Of a stretch of 57,385 nucleotides of DNA, positions 10,125 to 21,800 are shown one piece after another. The stretch's first letter is position 1. Every line of letters starts with the position of its first letter. The position numbers were made by a program, and so were the translations under genes. Origin of the DNA: Catajapyx aquilonaris (lineage: Eukaryota); assembly GCA_000934665.2 (NCBI GenBank), contig JYFJ02002405.1, forward strand, positions 1 through 57,385. The letters are read 5' to 3'. The notes under the pieces were generated by a model, which saw only the letters and a program-made list of their open reading frames with translations, was not told the DNA's origin and ran no database searches.

Positions 10125-12705
10125 TTGGTATAGCACTGTAGTACATTCGTTAATTAATTTTTAATCCGGGCGTGAAAGAAAGATTGCTGCAAGACATGTG
10201 AAGGGCTGAATGAAATGCTGAAATTTGACTAGACTCGACCCTTGGACTCGTTGCAGTTTGATTTGGTCCCGTCGGAGAATTTTTGTGCGTGTCGGTCGTA
10301 GTCTACTTTATTTTTTCGCCGAATGAAGTGATTATTTTATATGCAGGCTTAACTGGACTGTCATTATCATAATTTATGCTAAGGAACATTGCATAATATC
10401 ACCACCCTTTGTGTGCGCGTGATTTTGCACTGTATGTAGCCTATTATTTGATTTTTGCATTATTTGATTTGTCCGCAATTAGGGAGTCCATCGCCACAGT
10501 TTAAAATCACAGGCCCTGAAAATTGCAAGGTAATCATGACTCTATCAGATATCAGGAAGGACACCATGAAAGTAGCTCCGGCTCCAAATCAGTGTCTCAT
10601 GCCCATTTTAGACCCGCTTTTCCGGCGTATTCTTCTGGAGCATGTTTTTGTAACTCAGGGATGACGCAGAAAAGGTTCTGGAAGGAATGGGGTAGTGATT
10701 TTTTTGGCTTGAGTTCAACCGTGACTTGATGCAAATAGGACAAGAGAACCTTGCCTAAACCTGCTGATTATGCACTATACACGTCATTGGCTTATTAAAA
10801 GTACATTACCAACATACTGTTGTGTATACTATTAAATCACAATACCCCCGTTAATGTAAAAGGACTAAAACTATAAGTTGTTTGCATCAAAGTGAAATGC
10901 ATTATAATTTAGTTTTCGAGGAATTTAAATAATGGTACATAGAGTGGTGCAAATATCCCAACGTGTTTTCTGGAACTACTGTTTGGACGTATCATAAAAT
11001 GACCTCGGAGTAGTCATTTTAAAGGATTTGGATTGGATAGGCATAATGGTTCAATAGTTTTAAGTCTTCAAATGTGGACATAAACCTCCAGACGAGACAT
11101 TCTCTCTTGATCCGCGCATACCCGTGCCCCAATTCCCCTCACTTTTAGCTACCGAATGATCTTGGGACATTAGGGAATGCGTCCAGAATTTCAAAGCAAC
11201 CTGCTTTCTTCCTGCATTTGGAAGGGTTTAAATTATTTCCTTCCAAGTTCAAGTTTCCTTTTGAGAATATCGTAACCGCACAGTCCAAGAAAGCGCATGC
11301 GGCTTAGATTAGCACACATACATATTATTTTATACTGTATGTGGATTTGTGATATTGAAGACGTAGGTCGATTTCCTATGGCATTCAGGCCTGTAATTTG
11401 CATACACAAATTATTTTTGCTATAGGCTACAGCCTATTTCCTGGTCTGATATTTCAGTACATCCCTCGCTCGAAACTGCAGGGGGTGTTTAAAAAGGTAC
11501 CCACGGCCTAGTAGGCTGATCCTTCTCTCACAAAAGGTTTCCAAGTGTACGGAGGCGTTCTTTCTCCAGGCAATAGGAGCCGGAAGTCTGGTAAATGCAA
11601 ATCCCTCGCTGTTTCCTAGCCCAATTTTGTTACACGTCTATTCCACGTCATCTTCCTTGGCTTTATTCCCACCATATTCTCCTTCACAGTGTTTGCCTCC
11701 AAATTACCCATCCGGCAAGACGATCCAAGCAGGACTATTTGACACTTTATCAACCTGCTGCCTTATCCTTTGTGCAGACTTGCATCCTCAGGCCTGCTGA
11801 CGCCGTCCTTGACAAAAAGCAGTGTTGGTTTACAGGAGTTGGGTGACCGTGCGGTTGACCCCCCTCCCACTTAAAGGCTAGTCTCAGAAAAGTCTCCCAT
11901 TGGCTCATTCTCTAGACAGGAAATGCCTTGCAAAGTCCCTCTCTGTATAGTGGCCTAGTCGGAACCGCACCTGTAGTCTCTCTGGTCCTACCTCAAATTC
12001 AGTCAAACCAGCTTAGGACTAATTAGCAAGCAGGATTCGTAGCATCATCCCTCAGGATAATCCTACTCCAGTGACCTTTCTCCTTTTCCCATCTGGGGCA
12101 TAAGCATCCCCACAGCAATCATCTCCGCTTGATACCTACAAGAATGGCCTATGATGTTCATTCCGCCCCCTCGAAATCCCCACAGGAATTGGGGTAAGTG
12201 CAATACCTAGTTTTGTTGCTGCCCTTGTTAAAGGTAAATAACTCATTATGTCAGGTTACTAATTAGCGGAGGTGGTGATGGGGTTATTTCACGGTGGAGC
12301 AAGCACCTTGAAAGGTGTCGGGCTCTTGATGGATGAATGAGGGAGGTACCCATTTTTAAAGTTTTCGATCAGAGTTGGTCCTGGAGCCTTAAATTTATTC
12401 GTAATCAGACATGCAAACAGGCATAGCTGGCACATAATCAAGGCTTTTCTAGGGGGCCATCTCGTCTGTCCCATCGATTAGAAAAGCACGAGCTTCTACT
12501 CCTAAATGCGGTTTTGGCACCCGGGATACCTCCCCACTCGTCACGTTCTCTCCTCCTATACAAACGGTTAAGTGGGATTAAAATGCAGAATCCAAGCTCC
12601 AGTTGGTCCATAACGTGTTTCCACACTCACCCACCTAATCACTCTTATCCCTGTTTGACCAAATCTATCCCCCATCCTATTTGATGGGCTACCCAAATTT
12701 GATGA

Positions 12706-12737
12706 CCCCCCCCCACCCNCCCCCCCCCCCCCCCCCG
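12706..12737. repeat. Poly-C tract containing an N
   Basis: About 30 nt of near-pure C with an ambiguous base; its length is unreliable. Confidence 0.9.
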
Positions 12738-13097
12738 TACGCATTTGCTCCTAGGTGTTGTCAGCCAAGTTCAAAAGCTGTTACCACGGGCTGCATGAGC
12801 CCGCAACGTAATGGCCTTTTGGGCCACGTGCATTCAACTAAGCAAATTACAGGAAAGGTTGCCCGGATCTTGTCGTCAGTGGGGAGTCTGCTCAGGACAT
12901 TTTGTTGGACTCCCAAATGAAAGGTGAGTTAGTCCGCCATATTTGGGCACCCGCAGCGTGTGTGGTTTTGGTCATATGGCGGTCGCATTGAATGAGCAGC
13001 TACTCTTTAAAACCATATGTTGTGACTATTTGGCTGGTGAACTTGAACGGGTTGTTCAGCATCTCCGAAGTCCTTCGCATATATTATGTGAATCCGA

Positions 13098-13152
13098 GAG
13101 ATTTCGTGAGATTTCGTGAGATTTCGTGATTTCGTGAGATCGTGAGATTTCG
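13098..13152. repeat. Short tandem repeat, 10-bp unit GAGATTTCGT, ~5.5 copies
   Basis: Directly visible; later copies carry 2-nt deletions. Confidence 0.9.
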
Positions 13153-16100
13153 ACCTCGGGCGCGTGGCCATCCTCGGTCAAGCCAGCTAGAAATTGCGAA
13201 ACACTCCATTATAATCAAATTTAGATGGAGTTCCATTAGAAAAATGAGTCCCAAAAGGTGCTTGATTAGAGCAAATGATGTAGCCCCAGCAGGTAGGCAG
13301 CTTTAGGCGTATACAGTGTGTGCTTCCAGGGTCAATGGGGACTAAGAATGGGAGTTTACGAGGTAGGAAGAGTCTGCTGCTTTCTAGCGACTGCTGAAAT
13401 GGGAACAAGCTTGGCACGGTCAATATTTGCCCAACTTGTTACTTTCGCTCAGCCCAAATTCGGAGGGGACGGGGATGGACCGTCTCGCTGCATCGCCCAT
13501 ATTCATTATATGGAGCGCTTCCAATTCATTAGCTCACCTGGGGAAAATCAGGGCCGCCACGTCAATAGACACAAATCCTCCCCAACAACTTTCGGATGGT
13601 GAAGGAATTTCGATCCGGCTCCCAGTTTTCTTTCCTTAGGATTTTCCCAACATAAACAAGCACGTAAACGGGGCCTTGCCAGCTGAGCACATTTGCCCGA
13701 GAAGTTGTGAGATCGAACTACGATTCAGATTGTTCACTGAAGCTGGAATTATCGGGAATGGATGCAGGCATCTGTCCATGGGAGCGTATGGCTAGGATAT
13801 AAATAAAAGCTCGGTGAGGTTTTAATCGATCAGTGTGGAGGTGAATTATTCCGGCTATGCAGGATTGTTGGCTAAAAAGTGTTTTAAATAATGGTACAGT
13901 ACGTCTGAGGGGGGTTCGAAAGCCTAGACCTGTGTTTGTAAATATGGGCTTGTTTGAGCGAATTTAGTGGGATGAGCAGCGCAAATCACGAGTGATATAT
14001 TGAATGTAAATAGCTGAAAGGTAGGCATGCCCTAAAGCGCTTAGAGTGTTTGAGGAAGAGCCCAGCACCATGATCCCTTTTGTGCAGATCAGTTGGGATA
14101 TATATTTTTCCCCCCCATCTTCTGGATGTGCGCTCTTACCAGGAAAGATCCAAGTCACTTGAAAATCGATCTTTTTCGCTTCCAATAATTCTTTACCAGT
14201 TTGGAATGATGGGAAGCTTGAGCTGGGGAGGGAGGGAGGGGGGTCTGCAGACTATCTTTCATGTTGGAGTTTCATTTCCTCACTTTTTTCCTCCTATTAT
14301 TGTTGTGCAACGGTGGTTACAGTCGCTCTTCTATATACGCAAGGAAACCATCCGATTCTTCTTGTATACTTTTCCTTTGAGGGTTTTGCTCACTTTCGTG
14401 CAAAAGCCTTCTTTTGTAGGATTCTATGCAACGTTGAGGGAAAGAAGCTTTCGTGCTTTGTCAGTAGCCTGCAGCTCCTGTGCCTAGGTACCTCTTACAG
14501 TGCTCATTGTTCATTTAATACGTCCCGCTTTGCACATAGAAATTAACTTTGCATACTATTAATATCAAATCACCTTCGTCAGTTTACTTATTCATGCACC
14601 GGTAGCCACTGAATATTTCAGGCTCAGAGTCTGCTTGTCAAAAGGACTTGGCAGTCGTCACGTGCATTTAGTAACTAGAGCATCGGCATTTATTATGCTG
14701 AATAGGTCCTCCATGCAGTGCATATCTTGAATGCATTTTGTCTCCGTGTATGTATACACAGCAGCAGCCACATATGGGTGCATTTAATATGTGAATATGA
14801 TGGGGGGTGGTGAAAGCGATGTGGGAGGTGAGACTGTAATGATCGTATATGTGATACGTATTGAGGGAGCCCTTAGGACAATTATGACGAGTCAGGTGCG
14901 CCTTGATTATATCGTGACAACACGAGCGTCAAATAAAGCTCCCAACGCAGCACATTATTGTTTGTGCAACCAGACGTGGGTGTAATTATGCGCAGCAACA
15001 GTGTCATCAGAAAGCGGTAATTTAGTGGCTAGTGCGTAGGCTAATTAAGTTGAATGAGAAAACAGAAAAGGAGGTTGCCAAATATTCATGTAGTGGATCC
15101 ATTAAAATCCCCGCTCTTCTACACCCTTTTATACGATAGATTAAACAGTTTCAGTTATAGAGCACTAAAATATTATGCTCATGCATATTCTCAGTAATAA
15201 AAAGGATTATAAGCCATGTGGTTTACTTTGGAGGCAGTTATTTCAGAACATACAGAATTATCTACAAGAGGATATTATGCTTTAAAAAGCTGGAAGGCAA
15301 TAAAATCCATCGGAAAGCAAAAGGACAGCTCATCTTTTATTAAACGTCAGATTACGCCCACCCCATTATCCGAATGCGACCAACCCCAGATCACCCACCG
15401 TGATAACTGAATCCTGTGAGTACGACGTAAAGTTCGGAAAGATGCAGAGAGGTTATACATTATGAAGTTGACACAAAGTATCTCGGAAATGATCATATGC
15501 GGTGAATTACAACTCTGCGTCTAGTCCAGCTTCTAATCGCTCTCAGTTATCGCTGTGGGTGACCCGGAATGGGTAGAGAAGATGGGTGGCAGATGCCTTT
15601 TGACAGAAAATGACCTCTATACGATCAGGATTTTTGCGCGAGTTGTTTTCAACCTATAGTAATTATTATAACGTGGAATTACAATACTCGTTCTGACTTT
15701 TGAATGAATGTCTTTTGCTAATTGGTGGATAAAGTAATTATTGTGGATTGGGGAAAAGAAAAAACCACAATTTTTTCATTTCACCATAACTTTTCCTTCC
15801 TTTTTGTGACCATTACATTGCCCCCTCATGAAGGCCGGGGATATGGAAGTGTAGTCATAGAAAATTCATAAAATTTTTCATAAAATATTTTCGAAAAAAT
15901 TATCTCGTTTTCGCTACAAAGATACAAAAAATATTGCTGGATACCAAAGAAAATGAGACCCTTTATCGCCTGGAATGCCTGGAAAGTCTCTGTCAAAGCA
16001 AAACATTGCAAGCATCTGATCCAAGTATTTCAAAAATTGCACGACCTTCTGTTATTTACACCAATTATTCTAGGCATCAAGTTCTTTCAAAAACAAAACT

Positions 16101-17879
16101 CCTACCCCAACCTATCCCTAAAAGTTTATAGCAACAATTTTCCCGAGGCTCTGAGTGCGTTTTCGCTTGGAAGGATCAAGTGCCTGCTTGTTCCCCCTAT
16201 AGGCTTAGTAACTGTGGGAGCAACGAAGAAGTTCAAAAAAAAAAGGTCAATTTGTAACAAAATCCCAGTGTGCGTCTGATAGTCTGAAAGAGGGGTTAGA
16301 AACGTGGGTAATTCAGGTTTCGTCACTGGAAACCATAGGGACTAAATCACATCTGGCGCGCCGAGAAAAAATAATGGCTGGCAGCTAGGATTCCCTCGAG
16401 CCTAATACGCCACGTTTCCTGTAATTAGATAGGAAGGCTAGTTAGAGCCAACCTCTGACGTCACGTTTTTTGGTGCGGAAATGCCCATTTTTTTATTTTC
16501 AAAAAACGCCTGCTGGAGTGGACAGCTCCTGTGAGCCGCGATGGATGTGTGCATTCGACCTCAAGGGGGGTCACCATTCCTTTCCTCACCCTGTCATTGA
16601 TGGTTCCCTGTTTGGACAGGAAGGGTCACAACTGCCGGATTGCTGGAATGTCGGCGAGTCTTTATAGTCGAGCGGCGTCAAGTGCTATCGTGCAGAAGTT
16701 GCTAGGGTTCAAAGTTCGCGCTACGTTGTCGCATGGCCTTGGTAAAAACTGTGTCAGCCCAGTTTCACCTCTGTTGGAAGTGTCATTCTGTGCAGTTTTT
16801 AGGGGAGGGGAAAAGGTTAAAAATAATGCAGCAGACTGCACTGTATGACACCGACCGGGCAGAATTAGCCTACATTTAAATATTGCCACCTGCAGCTCCA
16901 ATGGTGAGCTCCATAAAATATGGGCAGACCAGTTCGCTTTGGTAGCACAGGGTGATGTAACGAGTTAATCAAATGTGGGGTCCAGGTGGATCCTTTGGGT
17001 GTAGTCAATCACTCGAAGGCTCTTAGTATATACAGTTAGATGGCGACACGTTGCTGATGACTGGTTGGTGTAATGCGAAACCTGTGCGAAACTTTACAAT
17101 CGGACACTGTCATGACATATTAATATATGGGCTGTATTGCATTTCAATATGGAGCGTTACATTTGAACTTTGGATGGCACACCGATAGGGTGAAACTGCC
17201 TTGTGTACTTTTTCCATTATTAAAATTACGACTGGAATTTATTTGAGGATTGCAAATAAATGGGGTCATAATTCCAATATAATTAGGCCATAAACATTAA
17301 TCAACCTGGGATTAATATAACTGGTGTGGAATATTACGCTTTACCATGACCAGCTTAATGTTAGATTACCCAGATGAATATCAGGAATGGCGTCTTTATT
17401 CTTGAGGTTCTGACACATTTCCAAAATCTTGACCAATTTTTCCCCCCCAAGTTCTGGCCTGCTGCCATCTAGAGCGAGAATGGCGTTCCAAAAAAGGGGT
17501 GGCCATAATTTAATGTCAGGTGTCGGTCACTCAAACTGCGGTCTTTTTTTCTCTCTCTCTATCATAGAGCGGAACCGCTCATCTGTAGGCGTAGCTTCCT
17601 GCCCAAAATTTTGCGACTAACCCCCGACCTTCTCTTATATCTACCCCCCATTGTTCCCCCAACCCGCCAATAAACGAGGGAGAAATCCATTACAGTATTC
17701 TATTATAGAAACTAGATCCTCTCAGCTTTCCTTACAATACAGTGCGTCTACAATTATTTTGACTTTTTGTTTTTTTTTTGAAAATAATGTTTTGTTGGAT
17801 ATGGCGCAACCCGCAGGATTTTGGTCTGAGTATGGTACCCTTGATGTTGCGGGTAAAATGTTCAAGGTTTCCGGGATGG

Positions 17880-18420
17880 TGGTGCCTGCCAATTGGGGCC
17901 TAGTGCTCGGGAGAGGGCACGGGGGCGGGCCAACCTCTGATTGGAGGGACTTAGTTGGCGGGTATCGATCTCGAACCCTGGGGCCCAGCGCGGGTTCTTT
18001 TTCCAAAGCTTCTCTCACTCCTCGCCGAAACCACACTTCCAACTCTTCCTCCACTTCTTCCCTGGACACTGTAGGAAACACTTCCATTTTTTTCCGCCTA
18101 AACATTTGACGCGTGTGCGGTCAAAGTGACAAAGTGTAAAGTGCGCGTAGACAATGTTGAAGACAAATAAATTGCACAAATTTTCCAGGATCAAAACCGT
18201 GCAGATCGTAATTCCGGTACCCAGTGTGATTGCAGACAGTGTTCAATGTGCATTGCGGAAATTTCGTACGAACACGCGCGTAACCGAAAAGCGGGACGCT
18301 TGAATTACGCGCGGAAAAGAAAATTCATACCGCGCGGTCTCAGGCGGAAATTGAGCGCGTCTAGGACAAACTGAATGAATTAGCTAAACGGGTCTTAAAA
18401 AACAGGTTTTTGACGTCACT
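17880..18420. promoter_or_regulatory. CpG-rich putative promoter / 5' UTR region upstream of the distal wake start
   Basis: CCAAT at 17889, GGGCGG at 17923, ATTGG at 17940, DRE-like TATCGATC at 17963, and many CGCG words at 18110-18360, all 0.3-0.8 kb upstream of the ATG at 18680. Inferred from motifs only. Confidence 0.4.
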
Positions 18421-18679
18421 TGTTGAAGGAACAAAAAACTGCATGGTGCAAGATGTGACAGTGTGATCTCTTCCTGTTATTTTTTTTTAGCTGTTTTGAA
18501 ATTCATTGCGGTCGACGCCTTGGAAAAATGGATCGGACCCAAAATAATCCGGGGATAAACAAGTTATCCGTTTGTTCCAGACTGAGATAACTAATAGGAC
18601 ATCAACGGACGTGTTTAGAATATCGTAGCTTTTTTAAAGACTTGTTTTTATTTATAAAAACAGTATTGGTGGGACCCAG

Positions 18680-18825
18680 ATGGTGACTCAGGATCTAAGT
18701 TTAGACAGCAAGATGAGTGGCTCGGACGGAAAACCCCCTCTTACCATAGACAGAGCCGCCTTCCTTCTCTTGAGGGTCAAACGGGTCTTCAAAATGAAGG
18801 CCAAGGCCCGAAGAGAGAAGGCCAG
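18680..18825 (+). CDS. wake: wake exon 1 (distal start; MVTQDLSLDSKMSG...DRAAFLLLRVKRVFKMKAKARREKA)
   Basis: Strong donor CAG|GTATGG in phase 2, matching the 30645 acceptor. The start may be 18680 or the second Met at 18713. Confidence 0.7.
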
Positions 18826-21800
18826 GTATGGGACACGCATTTTCTGTTATTTATGTGATATGTAAATATGGTCCGGAAATGATTATGGAAACATGTTGCA
18901 AATATGGTGGATTAATTGCTTATGATGGTGATCAACACTTTAATAATTGCAGTTATTGTAAGTGATGGTATGTCAGCGAACAACGCTCGTATTATGATTT
19001 ATTGTTGTTCATTTTGTTTGCCTCCCCCCCCCCCCACTTCTGCCCTTTCGAGCAAAACTGGACCTAGTTGTTGCATTTGTAAGCGTTAATTGCGCCGAAG
19101 GCAAACTAACACACACAATTACGTGATTAAATTTTTCCCCCCCAAAAATGTCCGCCATTAGTACTCGCCACGTGCATTCATTATTACCTGTTTAATTATA
19201 ACTGCACAGGGGAATTAAATAGGAACGTATCAACTGATTGACTCTTCTTGTAATTGGAACTTGTTCGCGATTAAACCATTAGTTAGCAAATTGGCGATTT
19301 GCAAACCGACACTCCTATTTGAGCTAGTTAAAAAAACTAGGTTCATTTGACTGATTTCCTCTAAGTAAAGTGGTTTCTTGCAGGGTTAGGACGAAGATCA
19401 ATCGCTCTGATTTACGGTGTGGTTTTTGTCAAAAGACAGGCGGCAATGTGATGTGATTTATTTGGATGCCATGAAGGAAGTTGCAATCGGTCCTCATTGA
19501 TCCAGGTAGGCAGGCACTAACCTAATTTGAGATTTGTATGGGAAAAAAAGAAGGTTAGCAGCGTGTGGGAGATGGACCATGAATCATGAACTGCCTGCCT
19601 TTCTGTGAAAATAAAAATGAAGAGAGGCAGGTAGCTCTTTCTTGCTCTTCGTCCCTGAAAACTAGCCTCAATTATTCACCATTAGTAGTATTTTATGTCT
19701 TTTTCCAGTTACTAGCGAAGTATGCCACTGAGGATTTTCCAGCGAATACCTTGCGCAACATTCGGTTTTAAGCTAACGAGAAATTCCTACTTTAGAATTC
19801 CTAAAGTTGGGCCAAAATCGGCGGTTTATCAATCAGACTCGTCTATGATCGTCAAGTTCGGAGTAATTACATAATGAACAGTATTGGGGGAAAAAAATAT
19901 TGCTTTTCATTTGCTGAAGTGGAGCAAGGGCTAAGGAAATGTGTTCGTTTCGTGGTCACGAACGCTTTGTTAAAGAGTGGTAAATCACTTTGTGGGGATA
20001 CTGATCAATAATTCCGTGTGATGACCACAATAAAGGAACACGGCTAAGCATTGATGCATTACCAGTTCAAAGTGCCATTAACACACCATAATAATCGCGT
20101 GCTGCTCTCTGAAAAAAAAATTTACGCTATTTGAAATCAGAACCTGTAAAATGTTGCAACCGACCTGATTGCAAGGGGGCATATAATTGTATGTCGCCTT
20201 TATCACAGAGGCAGACATACCCTGGAATTTTAATTAGCCGCTTTTTGATTACCAAATGCAAAAGTTGTCCTCGTCGCATTTTGTGCAAAACTGAATTCAC
20301 CAATTAGAGGTTGCGCGTTCTATTCAACAGGCCAGGTCCGCCATAATCTTTTCCTCGAAAAATATGAAGGGTATAGTCCACTAGTCCCTGAAATGATATT
20401 GAGTTGTGCGGACCAAGCAGGCTCGAAACGAGGGGACGGATGAAATGTCCGAACATCACACCCATTTCCTTTTCAACGCCAATGATGGGAAATTTTTTAT
20501 CGCATTTTGTGGGCTTCCGAACCGCAATGCTCGACGTTGTTCATTTTTCCCAGCCTCTAGGGATCGTGTGAACGAGATGATTTTTTTTTTTTTGGCAAAG
20601 GTCCGCCAGAAGCGCCGGCTTCTCTTTTAATAAACTTCCGCCGGATTGCGTTTCAATGGGTCTTTTTTTCCACTCTGAGTTTTCCTCCCATCAAGAATGA
20701 CACTCTTAGGAAGGTGTCACGACTCGTTAGTTTCGTGTCCAGAAAAAAAACATAAGGTACTGCCACAGGTCAAATAGTGACCATCTTTCCATGATATGTG
20801 AGTGAAAATGGGAGGTCCTGAGTTCGATCCACGGATGCTGGATTCTAAAATAGGATCCTCTATATTCTAACATATTATTATTCATGGAAAGGAAGCTGTT
20901 CTCACTGTTTATGTGGCATGCCACACAGGCCCTCTCCCGAACAAGTTAACTTCATGAGCAAGTAACTTTCAAGGTGGCGAAATTGATATATGAATAGCTC
21001 TGTGGATTGAGTTTCAACTTCGCATACAGTCTACGAGATTGCACAGTGCTTTAGAGTTATATAATACTATCACGGCCGTGGGCAAAGCAGCATAACTTAT
21101 AATGCGTATAGCAGATACCTTAATGCGGGAAGTAACAAGCTGTCTGCAGTTTAAGCAAGATACTCAGCTGCTCGCCAGAGATAATCATGATGAATTATAC
21201 GCACATTATCAAGTATGAACATAAGACGCTTGTATTTTTCTATTTATTTTAGCACCATGTTATATACATATTATGCAAGAACTGAGTGTGCGAATAATGA
21301 ACTTAATCCTGACCAATTACCTGCAAGGAACTGCCGCATTTCAAGGAAATGCTCATGGTGGTTAAGTCCCGAGTTCTATTTCAGTTCTAGGCGCATTGGT
21401 CTCGTCTCATTTTAAAATCCTTTTACAGCACCGGGGTGGCGCGTCCGGGTCTAGATTTGCACTCTCTTATTTTCCCAGGGTCAAGAGAAAAGGTCTGGTA
21501 TACATTTAAAATCTAGGGCAAAGTGGATTTAAAGCTGTGCATATATCCTTTCCTACGACACTTTCTTCCTATTACTGCAAATTTATTCAAAAATGATAAA
21601 CATACATGTTGGTGCGAAAGACCTGAGAAAGGTGAAAGTGTCATAGCCAGTGCATTATTATTATTTCAAATTTTGAGCACGGTTGTGCTTAATAATTAAA
21701 GTTACTTACAATGCCAGACTTGTATTTTCAGTTCTTCCCTATTAGTACAGCAAAGTAACACCGTATCGTAATCATTCTGTCAGATTGTGTTATCACGTAA

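Noticed and set aside
13098..13152. CRISPR-like repeat array
   Set aside because: Contiguous 10-bp units with no unique spacers, in a eukaryotic context.
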